Assembly: GCA_034780895.1 (NCBI GenBank)
Contig: JAUZTB010000001.1
Span: forward strand, 126,438,942 to 126,502,941
Source of the DNA: Rhynchobatus australiae
Taxonomy: Eukaryota
DNA: 64,000 bases
Direction of reading: 5' to 3'
Part shown: piece by piece, positions 41,773-54,400 of the stretch
How the letters are laid out: each line of letters begins with the position of its first letter
Numbering within the stretch: position 1 is the first letter of the stretch
Program-made: the position numbers and the translations under genes
Notes under the pieces: model-generated
Told to the model about the DNA's origin: nothing
The model's input: the letters and a program-made list of their open reading frames with translations, nothing else
Database searches by the model: none

Positions 41773-41836
41773 CTGTTGTTTGGGCATCACCACCAATCTC
41801 TACTTTCAAAATATGCAAAGAAGCACCGAAGTTTGG
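41773..41836 (-). CDS. GALC: GALC exon 3 (64 nt)
   Basis: cag|CCAAAC...ACAACAG|gtggg; [21 protein letters not shown]. Confidence 0.97.
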
Positions 41837-42154
41837 CTGACAATAGAAAATAAATAATATCAATAGGTTGATGTGATTAGGTTATAAAATGCCAGAATTA
41901 CATTTCATTCACAACTCGATAGTCTACTTAATTGCTGGATCTGAAACAATCTTATTTATATAGAAAATACTGAAATTACAGACAGTGTGCAATATCTACA
42001 AAGAGAGAAGCAGAGTTAAACTTTTAAATGAATAATCATTTATCAGAACTGGAAAAAGTCAAACACATAACTGAAAAGAAGTCATCCTGAATTAAATGCA
42101 GTCAAAGTGGCACATTGTTTTAAATTCCAAAAATAAACTTTATTCATAAAAATA

Positions 42155-42785
42155 TGGCCACATTGACACCATGGCCAAGAAAGCCTCTACTTCCTCCAGA
42201 GGCTAAAGAAATCTGGCATGTTGCCGTTGACCCTCACCAATTTTTAATGATGCATCTGAGAAAGTATTCTCTCCGGATACATCACAGCTCGCTATGCCAA
42301 CTGCTCTGCCTGGGACTGCAAGAAACTGCAGAGAGTTATTGACACAGCTCAGCACATCACAGAAACCAGCCTCCCCTCCACTGACTCTGTCTATACTTCT
42401 CACTACCTTGGTAAAGCAGCCAGCATAATCACCCACTCTGGACATTCTCTCCTCTCCCATCAGGCAGAAGATACAAAAGCCTGAAAGCATGTACCACCAG
42501 GCTCAAGGACAGCTTCTAAGCCACTGTTATAAGACTATTGAATAGTTCCCTTGTACAATAAGAGGGACTCTTAATTTCATGGTCATAACCTTGTTATGAC
42601 CATGCACCTTATTGTCTACCTGCACTGTACTTTCTCTGTAGCTGTGACACTTTATTCTTTATTGTTTTACTTTGTACTACCTCAATGCACCATGCAATGA
42701 GTTGATTTGTATAAATGGTTTGCGAGACAAGTTTTTCACTCTACCTTGGTACAAGTGTCAAAAATAAACCAATTCCAATTCCAAA
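42155..42785 (+). mobile_element. Rex1/Babar LINE 3' fragment with 3' UTR and (AATTCC)n tail
   Basis: Reads LYFLQRLKK...ESILSGYITARYANCSAWDCKKLQRVIDTAQHI, with stops. Confidence 0.85.
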
Positions 42786-45474
42786 TCCATGAGATCACAG
42801 AGAGAACATGCAAACTCCACACAAACAGCACCAAAGATCAGAATCAAACCTGGGTCACTGGAGCAGTGACACAACTGCATTACTTGCAGCATCAGTGTGC
42901 AGCAGTGTCATTGACAGAATTGATACGATGTGTGGTCAGAGAAACTGAGGAAATCGGGTACAGTCCTTTCAAAGAGTAGGCTGAGAGGAAATGGTGTCAA
43001 AGTAACTGAGAATCAATGGGTTATTTAAGTGTGGGAAGAATGTTTATGGGAGAACAGTAAATAGACCTTTATTTAACAGCACTCCCTCTGCACTTTCATT
43101 CCACAGAAGAACAGCCTGTTAATGCTGGATTGCATCCATTAATGGTGTGCAAACCAGTCCCTGTACACCAGCACTCTCTCCTGCCTGGCTCCACTATTTT
43201 CATATCAACTAACTTCTCCCAGCATTCATTTACGTCCACTGAATAAAAAGAAACTGCTATATTAGTTTGTTAGTACTGTAACTATGGCTGCCTTCACGGG
43301 AGTGTGTGGCATAGGCCCCTGTCCTTTCTCTTGTTCACTGATGAAAGCATCATTGTCATTTCCTGCTCTCATCCTACATNNNNNNNNNNNNNNNNNNNNN
43401 CTGCAAACCTAGCTCTTCACTCATTTTGATATGGTTTAGCTCTGACTTTGCTTTTCATCAAATTCCCCGTTTCCATTTCTGAGAGAAGCCACTGACCAAT
43501 ATTTATTTTCAGCCCAATGACTCTCACAATTACTTTCACATTTCCTCTCACAAGGACTCTATTTGATCAGTCCAGATGAAGGGCCTCGACCCAAAACATC
43601 GATTGTCCATTTCCCTCCACAGATGCTACTTGACCTGCTGAGTTCCTCCAGCGCTTTGTGCATTGCTCTATTTGATTCCATCAGTTTCTCTGACCACATT
43701 GCATTTTTTCTTTCAAAATCACTTCCTAAGCCCATGCTTCATACCTCTTCATGCTTCATCTTCTATTTCTCCTAAGCGTGTGCCTGTTTCATTTTCCTGT
43801 CAATTTGCTCTCAAGCCTTCCCCCTCTTCTTGCTTTGCAGCATTACAATGGGGTTTCCCTTATCCTTCAACTCATCAGCCTTTGGCCACATGCCATTGTA
43901 AGGCCCTGCTCTGTATCAGTCTGACTTCCTGTCAATACGCTCAAGGAACAGGCCCTCATCTTTCATTTAACCACATTTTAACATGTGTAGATTTGGTTAT
44001 TTCATGACACTTCTTCCAGGCCCATTTCTCGTTCTGCTGCCTTGCATCATTATTGCTTCCATCAATTAATCTCATCTGCTTTTCTTTCCCTCCAAGTTAA
44101 TAACTTAGGTTACTGACCTTTCATCAAAACTAAAATGTCAATTGTTTACTTCTCCACAGGTCCTGCCCAAACTGCTGGGTAAATCCAGCATTTGCTCTTT
44201 TTATTTAAGGATTTCCATTATCNNNNNNNNNNNNNNNNNNNNNNNNNNNNNNNNNNNNNNNNNNNNNNNNNNNNNNNNNNNNNNNNNNNNNNNNNNNNNN
44301 NNNNNNNNNNNNNNNNNNNNNNNNNNNNNNNNNNNNNNNNNNNNNNNNNNNNNNNNNNNNNNNNNNNNNNNNNNNNNNNNNNNNNNNNNNNNNNNNNNNN
44401 NNNNNNNNNNNNNNNNNNNNNNNNNNNNNNNNNNNNNNNNNNNNNNNNNNNNNNNNNNNNNNNNNNNNNNNNNNNNNNNNNNNNNNNNNNNNNNNNNNNN
44501 NNNNNNNNNNNNNNNNNNNNNNNNNNNNNNNNNNNNNNNNNNNNNNNNNNNNNNNNNNNNNNNNNNNNNNNNNNNNNNNNNNNNNNNNNNNNNNNNNNNN
44601 NNNNNNNNNNNNNNNNNNNNNNNNNNNNNNNNNNNNNNNNNNNNNNNNNNNNNNNNNNNNNNNNNNNNNNNNNNNNNNNNNNNNNNNNNNNNNNNNNNNN
44701 NNNNNNNNNNCCACAAAACACTTTCTATGTGCTGGAGTACAATTCATGGGTAGGGCAATTAATTTTGTATTAATATCAAAATGATTGAAAAAAATGTAAA
44801 TTCCATTTAAAATGATTCCTGATCAAAGCAAGGCTTAGAAACAATGCTATGCACTAAGTTTATCGGGGAAAGAAAACATTATCAAACTGAACCGTGCCTT
44901 CACATACTGTAATCTGCTCACTTTCACTGCCCCTCGTATGTACAAATTCCCCTGTTTCCTGAGGAATTGGTTGTATCGGTTCCCATTTTGCATTCAAAAA
45001 ACACATCTTAATACTCATAGATACAATGAAGTCAGCATTGACACAAATGATTGCAGGCTTTCCAGTCCTAAACTGCTCAACTTGACAAGACAGTCCTGGA
45101 GAACTAGGAGCCTCATTCTAAAAGGGAAACGAATACTGAAATCCAGGGAGAATCTGTGTACTGTACATTGAAAGTGGCAGGACATGACTAAGTGGTTTCA
45201 TAAACAGGCATTGAGTACAAGAACAAAAAAGTCATGATGAAACTAGAACACTGATTCGACCATGATTGGAGTATTCTGTTAATTCTGAATGTCATATTTT
45301 TGGAAAAGTATAAAGGTAATAGAGAGGGTACGAAAGAGATTTACTAGGATGATCCTAGGGATAAAGGACATTAGTTGTGCAGATAGACTGGAGAAACTGA
45401 GGTTTTCTTTTGGAACAGAGGAAGTTGCAATGGGATCTGATGAAAATATTAAAATCAAGAAGGTTATATGCAGT

Positions 45475-45818
45475 TTTCCACCTTGTTTTTTTCCTTTTTC
45501 TCCTTACTTTTGACCCACCCCTGGTGGGCCTGCTCTCTCCTCCTCCCCTGCACCTGCCTATCACTATCTCTCACCTGCATCTACCTATCACCACCCTGTG
45601 CCCACCCTGCCACCCCTCTTTTGTCCACCTATCACTGCTCTGCTTTTCTCCTATTTATTGGGCTCCTCATTTTTCTACCTTCAGTCCTGAAGAAGGGTCC
45701 TGACCTGAAACGTCGACCGCCTGCTTTTCTCCATGGATGCTGCCTGGCCTGCTGAGTTCCTCCAGCATCATCGTGTTTTTCATCTAGATTCCAGCATCAG
45801 TAGTCCTTTGTTTCTCCA
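45475..45818 (+). mobile_element. Penelope-like element terminus (pyrimidine-rich tract + hammerhead motif + gatgctgcctggcctgctgagttcctccagc)
   Basis: Shorter copies of the same terminus at ~4857, 6901, 12660, 29140, 43565, 44110, 55425, 57830, 63680 (+) and ~24490, 28710, 29853, 41965, 46810, 48690 (-). Confidence 0.7.
45682..45719 (+). ncRNA. Minimal type-I hammerhead ribozyme motif (Penelope-associated)
   Basis: CAGTC-CTGAAGA-A-GGGT(CCTG)ACCT-GAAA-C-GTC-GACCG: stem I, CUGANGA core, stem II, GAAA, palindromic ACGT stem III, GUC triplet (predicted cut after 45714). Confidence 0.7.
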
Positions 45819-46599
45819 GATAAAAAGCAACATTCCCATTGGCATTGGGCTCAAGAACTAGGGGACATAGAATGAAGGGCCCTAGCAAAAGAACCAATAT
45901 CAACATGAGGAAAATCTTCTTATGCATTGAGTGATTAGGATCTGGAATGCCAGGATAGTCATGGAGGCATATTCAATTATAGTATTTCAAAAGGAAGCTG
46001 GAGAAGCATCTAAAGAAAAGAATTCACAATACTATTGGACAAGGGACCAGTTGGATTGCTCCTACATAGAGCTAGCATGGACTCATTGGGCCAAATGGCT
46101 TCTTTCTGTGATGTGACTATTTGTGATTCATTAGTGAGAATCCCAAAGACCCAGTTAACTTAGAGGGAAATGGCAATCTTTAGAACAAAAAAGAATGGAG
46201 TTTATTTCTGCCTGTAAAAAATGCAGTCACCAAAAATACTTCAGACCTGGAGAAGAGGGTTAGTTAATGGGGTCATGCGATTGGTCGAAACACATCTATT
46301 TGCCCAAACACAGGCAGACTAAAGGAACTAGTTTTACTTATTCTTGCAAATTACAAGCAAAAAAAAACTTGCTNNNNNNNNNNNNNNNNNNNNNNNNNNN
46401 NNNNNNNNNNNNNNNNNNNNNNNNNNNNNNNNNNNNNNNNNNNNNNNNNNNNNNNNNNNNNNNNNNNNNNNNNTGCAAATTACAAGCAAAAAAAAACTTG
46501 CTGCTTTTTATAACTCTTGATAACCTAACAGTACATAAATGGGTTGCCCCAAAGAGGAAAGAAATAAGCATAAAACTAAGTGATTGCTTGTTTCACACT

Positions 46600-46601
<2 letters not shown>

Positions 46602-46648
<47 letters not shown>
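46602..46648. repeat. (AC)n microsatellite, ~23 units
   Basis: Direct reading. Confidence 0.98.
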
Positions 46649-46652
<4 letters not shown>

Positions 46653-48363
46653 GACTGACTTGTTCCTGTTGAATGCTTCCATGAGAGTGGTGAAAAGTGT
46701 TTCATCTTGAAAAGGAAACAGACATCAGCTATTGATGAGGTATGAAAAAAATCCAATTTTACTGGCTTTAACCATTCATATTAACTGTATTAGCAAAAAA
46801 AAACCCTACAGATTCTGGAAATCCAAAATAAAACCAGAAAATGCTGGAAACACTCAACAGGTCAGGCAGCATCTGTTAACTCTATCACTGATAAAAGTTT
46901 GTTACAAAAATGACACATTTACATTAATATTCACAACCACTGCATCACTGCTTTCTTTATAGAAAATTGAAATGAATCAAGGAAAGCAATTCCCAAAACA
47001 CAAACAAAAAAAAATCATAAAGTAGAACTAAACTGCATCTATTCAGTCCCAAGATAATCAATGAATGTTAGCGGACAACAATAGTTATAATTATCTGTTG
47101 CAGCAGAATACATATCAAACTTTATTGCTTTCTCAGTTAATATTGGAAGCAATTCAAAACAGTGAAATCACTGAGACAAACATCAAAGTAAATTTCATTT
47201 TAACTTTTAAACTTCTCATATAATGCAATTATTTGCTTCTATACATTAGTGGTCCCCTATACAATTAACACAATAGCTAAGATTTAAATGCCAGATCTAA
47301 GTGTCCCAATGCTCAAACACTGATCAAGTAATTTTAGGTAATGACATGAAAATTTACTCTGATGAACAATATTACTGTGTAGTGTTCAGCATTAAACTAA
47401 TGCTACTGTTTGCCACAAATGTTATTTTCAATCAGGCAGTACTGTGTTCAATAAGAATGCAAGAAATTATGGTAAGCCAAAAGGCCCCTTGAGTCTGCTC
47501 CATTATCAGTAATAGCAAAGTTGGTTGACTACCTCAGGTCCAATTTCCCAGTTTCTGAGCAACGAAAAAAAACTATTAATCTCAGGTTTAAATGTACTCA
47601 ATGATTATGCACTGTCGATTCCTGGGGTAGAGAATTCCAAAGTTTCACAACTCTTTGCAGAAAGAATTTCTTCTAAACTCATTCCAAAACAGTAGATACC
47701 TCATCTTGAAACAACGCTACTAGTTCCAGTCTCCCCAATTATAGAAGATGGCTTCTTGACAATTACATCATCAAATCCTCCCCTAAACTTGTTTGTTTTA
47801 ATGAGATCATCTCTTGTTCCTCTAAACTCCATTTACTTTGGTCAATTGTATGCGACCTTTCTTCATACAATAACACGTATGAGTAACAAGTACAGAGATT
47901 AAAAATACCAAGAACTCAAGAAAATCTTAAAATGTGAAAGAATTATTTTATACTCCAACCCTCTTCCAACAACAGCTTGCTCTACCTGCATGCCAATTTT
48001 GTGTTTTGTGAACCAACAAATGATGATTATGTACCAATTTGTCAATGTGCACCTCAGTGAATTCACACACAAAATTTTAACTCATCTCTCTTAGCCAGGA
48101 GAGAACTATGTGCATATGTCAATGCAGAAGTACAAAGCTCTACAATAATTATATTGAATAAAGTCATGGGACTCTTCATTTTTTGGTTTGACACTGAGCT
48201 GCAATTGGACTTATTTAAATCAAAACAGTAAAAAAATACATCCTTATTGTATACAAAAAGTTATCCATAGCATTACCATCTTCTCAGATGGTCAAATATT
48301 GCAAACTTTGCTATGTCCTTAGTATCAAGTACAGCAATTTATCTATTTGAATATAAATCCTAC

Positions 48364-48432
48364 CTTGAATAAATAGTCCAGGATTTGGCTGCGATATGGC
48401 TCTTGGTAGTTGACAAGAAGTCGGGAAGTTGC
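48364..48432 (-). CDS. GALC: GALC exon 2 (69 nt)
   Basis: ttgtag|GCAACT...TTCAAG|gtagg; translates ATSRLLVNYQEPYRSQILDYLFK. Confidence 0.97.
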
Positions 48433-49292
48433 CTACAACAAAATAACTGTGCAATTCTTAATCATTATTTAAAATGAAAACGCCAAAAATTTGCTAGGTA
48501 GATCACTTAATTCCCAAGGCACTTCAATTAGACCATTATTGTTCAACATAAGTGTCTAAGTACACAGTAATGTTCAGTTGTTCTTTTGCCAGAGGTTCCA
48601 CATCTAACGTGTACGAAGCATTCACTGAAGGCTAAATTATACTTCAAAAGTAAAATAGCAAGGATTAAAACAGAAGAAAAAGAGAAATTGTAGATGCTGG
48701 AAATCTGAAACAAAAAAATAAAGTACTAGAAATATTCAGCAGGTTATGGCNNNNNNNNNNTTTCTCTCTGATAGGTTATTGGTTTAAAATTTTAACTTTG
48801 TTTCTCTCTCCACTGATGCTGCCTGACCTACTGAATGTTTTTGTTTCAGACAGCACCTTCCTGATTTCCACATTTTACTTTAGATGTATGCACTGAATGT
48901 GATTTTCCATATAGATCTTTAATAATGGCAAGCACTGAAGCAGTAAAATTACTGCACTATTACCAGCAATCCGGACTACTTATCTAGAGATGCCAGTTTG
49001 AATCCTGCTACAGCAGCTGGGAAATATAAATTTAAGTTGTTAAATAAATTTGGAATTTAACAGAAAGCCAATACCAGCAACAGAGATCATAAAACTTACA
49101 ATTTCACATGAAAGGGCATCTGATAGGTTCACTGATATACTTCAGGGTAGGAAATCTACTGTTCTTTCCAGTTCAGGCCTATAGGAGACTGTNNNNNNNN
49201 NNNNNNNNNNNNNNNNNNNNNNNNNNNNNNNNNNNNNNNNNNNNNNNNNNNNNNNNNNNNNNNNNNNNNNNNNNNNNNNNNNNNNNNNNNNN

Positions 49293-49600
49293 AGGCGGCG
49301 GTGCAATGTCAAGTCTGTGTGCACTGGGTGAAGGCGGCGGTGCAATGTCAAGTCTGTGTGCACTGGGTGCAGATGACTGCAATATCAAGTCTGTGCACTG
49401 TGCGTGAAGGTGATAGGGTATCAGCATGTCCGAGCGTTGCTGTACCCTATGGGTGAAGGTGATATTGCAATAGTACCTCTGCGCCCTGTGGGCGAAGGTG
49501 ATATCGCAATAGTACCTCTGCGCCCTGTGGGCGAAGGTGATATCGCAATAGTACCTCTGCGCCCTGTGGGCGAAGGTGACAGGGCAATATCAAGCAGAGG
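49293..49600. repeat. CpG-rich 39-bp minisatellite with two unit variants
   Basis: aggcggcggtgcaatgtcaagtctgtgtgcactgggtga x2 (49293-49370) and aggtgatatcgcaatagtacctctgcgccctgtgggcga x3 (49457-49573), with degenerate units between and after; left end lost in a gap. Confidence 0.92.
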
Positions 49601-49670
49601 TTGCTTTGTAGGAGCACGTCCTGTGCAGTCAGCTGAGATGCCAGTGAGGAAGGCTATCGAAGCCTGTAAA

Positions 49671-50430
49671 GTGATCTGAACCAGCTGGGAAAATAGGAAT
49701 TTAATGCAGACAAATGTGAGGTGATGCACTTTGTGAGGACAAACCAGGGTAAGACTTAGACGGTGAATGGTAAGGCACTTGAGGTGTGCAGTAGAACAGA
49801 GGGACCTGAGGATACAGATCCATAATTCTTTGAAAGTGGCATCACAGGTGGATAGGGTTGTAAAGAGAGCTTTTGGCACATTGGCTTTCATAAATCAGAG
49901 CACTGAGTACAGGAGTTGGGATGTTATGTTGAAGTTGTATAAGATGTTGGTGAGGCCAAATTTAGAGTATTGTGTGAAGTTCTGGTCACCTACCTACAGG
50001 AAAGATATCAAAGCATGAAAGGTGCAGAGAAAATTTATGTGGATGTTGCCAGGACTTGAGTTATAGAGAAAGGCTGAATAGGTTAGGACTTTATTCCCTG
50101 GTATAGATTGTATAGTGGTATAGATAAGGTGAATACATGCAGGCTTTTCCCCTTAGGTTGGGTGAGACTAGAACTAGAGGTCATAGGTTTAGGGTGAAAT
50201 ATTTAGGGGGAACTTCTTCACTCAGAAGGTGATGCAAGTGTGGAATAAGCTGCCAGCGGAAGTGGTGGATGCAGGTTCAATTGTAACATTTAAGAGAAGT
50301 TTGGATAGGTACATGAATGAGAGGTATGGAGTCTGGGTGCAGGTAAATAGGGCTAGGCAGAAAACCAGGCCAGCTTGAACTAGATGGGTCAAAGTGTCTG
50401 TTTCTGTGCTGTAGGGCTATATGACTATGA
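49671..50430 (+). mobile_element. CR1-clade LINE 3' fragment
   Basis: ORF 49767+: SLKVASQVDRVVKRAFGTLAFINQSTEYRSWDVMLKLYKMLVRPNLEYCVKFWSPTYRKDI. Confidence 0.92.
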
Positions 50431-50489
50431 ATGTGCAAGAGCAAGTCTGTGCTGTGGGTGAAAATGACAGTTGAATGATAGTTAACTGT

Positions 50490-51421
50490 TGAGAAGTCAA
50501 ATGTAATGTGTACAGTTAATGGCAGGACCCTAACAGCATTGATGTACAGAAGGGTCTTGGAGTCCAAGTTCATAGCTGCCTGAAAGTAGCAATGCAAGTA
50601 GATAGGACTGTAAAGAAGGTGTATGGCATGCTTGCTTCCAATGCTAGGAGCACAAAGCATAAGAATCAGGAAGTCATGTTGCAGCTATAGAAAACTTTGG
50701 TTAGGCTGCATTTGGAGTATTTTGTGCAGTTCTCGTCACCCCATTACAAGAAGGATGTGGAGGCTTTGGAAAGGAGACAGAAGAAGTTTATCAGAATGCT
50801 GCCTGAATTAGAGGTTATGAGCAATAAGGACTAATTGGACAAACTTGGGTTGTTTTCTCTGGCGCATCAGAAGCTGAGGGGAGACATGATAGAAGTTTAT
50901 AGGATTATGAGAGGCAGAGATAGGGTAGACAGAATCTTTTCCCCATGGTCGAAATGTCAAATACTAGAGAATGTGCATTTAAGGTGAGAGGGGAGAAGTT
51001 TAAAGGAGGTGTGCGAGGCAAGTTTTTTTTGCACAGAGAGTGGTAGATACCAAGAATGGACTGCCAGGGGTAGTGGTGGAAGCAGATATGATCGTGGCAT
51101 TTAAGAGGCTTTTAAATCGACACATGAATGTGCAGGGAATGGAGGGATATGGATCATGTGCAGGCAGAAGAGATTTAGTTTAATGTGGCNNNNNNNNNNN
51201 NNNNNNNNNNNNNNNNNNNNNNNNNNNNNNNNNNNNNNNNNNNNNNNNNNNNNNNNNNNNNNNNNNNNNNNNNNNNNNNNNNNNNNNNNACATGAATGTG
51301 CAGGGAATGGAGGGATATGGATCATGTGCAGGCAGAAGAGATTTAGTTTAATGTGGCATTGCGTTTGGCTCAGATGTTATGGGTCAAAGGGCCTGTTCCT
51401 GTGCTGTACTGTTTTATGTTC
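50490..51421 (+). mobile_element. Second CR1-clade LINE 3' fragment in tandem
   Basis: Same RT C-terminus and 3' UTR, ending gggcctgttcctgtgctgtactgttttatgttc. Confidence 0.88.
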
Positions 51422-54400
51422 CTGAATATCTAATCTGTGTGAAGAAGGTGGGGATAACAGTGCAATAGCACATGTGAAGTTTAGCTTCCCCTGTAAACCC
51501 TTGGATTTTTATGAATATCCAGTTCACTTGAAAAATATATAGTTCCACTTGTCTCAACGTCACCTTGTTTCTGGGTTCTAATTGTTCTCGGGACAACATT
51601 ATTTCTTCTGTATTCCTATTCAATTTATTAGTTATTTTGTATTTACAGCCTCCCATTTTAGAGTGCCCCTCAAGTGGAAACATCCTCTTCCCCACCAAAC
51701 CCTTTTATAACTTCATGGACATGGTGATGAATAACATTCAATTTACCCCTACATCTGCACTCCTCCCAGCCGCATTCTGTTGCAGCTGCCAATGAACTGC
51801 AGACCTCAGTTCCATGGACATCCTTAAAGCAGAGAGGGCTGCATGTGTCATCTAGGCTTCTTTGTCGTTCATCTCAAGGACCCACACCCAACCTGGGCCC
51901 TCCAACTTCTGTTGTTTTTGAATGACTCTGATAATCAGAGTTAAAAACAGATAACATTGATTTAAATAGTTAAAAACATTAGTTGTTAAATTGAGAAAAA
52001 GCTTTATTTACAAAAACAATAAACCTTTCATTAATTTAAAATATAAATACACAGAAAAATAAAGAAAAATATCAAAAACTTAAGCTGAACTTCAGTGAAA
52101 TTGGTGATCCAATTCAAATGAATAGGTTTGTGCATGACACACCACCAATGGCTGGTATAAAGATGAATGACCAGATTCAGAATGTATCTGGTTCCACAGC
52201 TCGCTAAGTTATAAGAAACCCCTGGATTTATAGTTGAGGCTGGGCCAGACCGAGGGGTCAAACATGCCTGGATCAAGCCAGTGCACTTGCTACTGCTGCA
52301 CGACAAAGCACAAGTGTGGTGATCCAGAATGAGCTGTTTGTTGTGTGGACTGCATCTTCCTGGTGGTTGTCTACAGTACAAGGTGTTGCTTTGCACAGCT
52401 TAATTATCTGACATTTTATGGTTTGCTCGGTGTTTATGCTCATTGATTGGTTATTTTGATGTCAAAATTAAGTTCTTGATGGTGCAATTTCAAAGGCTGT
52501 TTTGGCTATCCCCTGGGCTAATTTAACTGCTGTCCAACAGCACAGCAACAAACATGGCTGCGTCACAACCTTGCATTATGGGATGACCTCATGGAAACGG
52601 AGCCTATACCGTTCCCAAGAGCTGATTGATATAATTGAGAATGGTCTGAGGGGGAGGCCCTAGGAGACCAGTGGTCACAACCATTTGAAAAGACGCAAAT
52701 ACAATGGCACCCCGATCATATTTCCAAAATCTTCCGTCTGTCAAATGACAAAATGCCATAAATATTGAGTAATCGATCACCCATGCAACAAGGAAAGAAG
52801 CATATAATAGATTGCAATACTGTGCATGGAAATAAATATCATTGAGAGATGCTTTCACCTTGTTAGGACACCAGTTAAATTTGTGTATTTTGGGCTGTCA
52901 ACAAGTAAATCAATTTAAGTCAATATTTTGTTTATTGTTTTTGTTTTCTATTTTCGGTCAGGCACCTAGCACAAATAGCAGATGTCATCTGAAACAATGG
53001 CTCCTACATTCAGCAATAATGTTTCTTCAGTTTGATTATTCTTATTGGGCTGGAGACATAAAGATCACTTACTATTCATGATTCAGACTTAAGCATATTT
53101 CATCTTGTTCATTACTCATTGCAAGGGCAATGTCAATCTATAGTGGGTCTGTGTTTTCACTAAATTGTCCCATTGTAATATCATTACAGAATGATATTAT
53201 AATTTCAGTACACTATACTATTGTGACCCCTTTGCCAATAATAGTTGTGATGGCTCATGCTATTTGAATCAACCCTGTTCAACTGCAACACTAATGCTCT
53301 CTGTCATCCCCCAGGAGCTCCAAAGTGCCATTCAGACAATATTAAACAGCATTCTTAATAGGGTATAATCCAAGTCCCCAAAGGTTAAAGCTATTAAATG
53401 AATTCTAGCAGCAGATTAGCATTTATATCTCAACCAATGTGAATCCTGTGAGTAAAGGATTAAAGCAGACACATCTGCTAATGTGGTAATGGGTCAGATG
53501 CAATTTTGATTAAATTGTGCTCACTATGTATCAATAATCCTGCTGCAAGTCATAGTTTCTCAATTAAAGTAAAAATTTGGGAGACCAGTGCCTCAGGGGA
53601 ATGTTACTTTTAACTAATGAAAGTCTCATATGCTTTATTTCATGCCACAGAAATGAAAGCATTTAAAATGATATCACGAGTGTGCGAACTATACTTTATC
53701 CAGAAGTGATTTTTTGACTGAGTATGATTTTAATTGGTGGCCTTTCATCAGAATGATTGGTTTGCTTTTGGAATATTTATCACAACAAATCTCACCATTT
53801 GCTTCAATGAGATAATTATTTTTGTCTATGATTCCAGTTAAAGATTACCCAGGAACTATGACTTTTCTACATTTGGTAACATCAATTTGATGTACTGTAT
53901 GAAAGATGTTGTTCAAACACACTGGCCAACTGGAATGAAGTGAAACAAACAAACAATTCTCTATGCTAGTGAAAGGTCCTGGCACAACATGTTTCACTCT
54001 CCATAGAAGCTGCCCGACATGCTGACTATTTTCCAGAACTTTTGTTTCTTGTTCCCAAATACCTGGCTTGCTCTGATATCTGCCACAGTGATGGCTCCAC
54101 ATACCATTGGGAGCAAGGTATTGTAAACCCAATATGGAATAGTATGACAATGCTTTCCTATCAACATTTCACTGTCAACATGTGATGGCATTGTCAGTCC
54201 GTTGGCCTTAAGCTCTTTTTTTGTATGTGCAGGATCTTATTCACCTATGTTACATTACAACTCCATAAAATGGAGCTTAAACGGAGTAACTTTAATGTTA
54301 ACAAGAGTATAAGAAGCAGGCAATAAGGGAGGCCACTCAGAACCTTAAGCCTATTCTGTCATTCAAAAAACAAATCATGCTGACATTTTACTTTCCCACC

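Larger units (their letters stand above)
45170..46120 (+). mobile_element. CR1-clade LINE fragment interrupted by a Penelope-type insertion (~45475-45818)
   Basis: ERVRKRFTRMILG...DRLEKL before the insertion; CR1 3' sequence resumes at ~45818. Confidence 0.75.

Noticed and set aside
46345-46503. Apparent tandem duplication of tgcaaattacaagcaaaaaaaa(a)cttgct
   Set aside because: The copies sit exactly on either side of a 100-N gap, so they are unmerged overlapping contig ends.
49293-49600. Regularly spaced ~39-bp repeats as a CRISPR-like array
   Set aside because: The units are contiguous tandem copies without unique spacers, there are no cas genes, and the context is vertebrate. It is a minisatellite.
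51122-51357. Apparent ~68-bp duplication in the CR1 tail
   Set aside because: It flanks a 100-N gap and is an assembly overlap artefact. The same applies to 19473-19542 vs 19643-19712.
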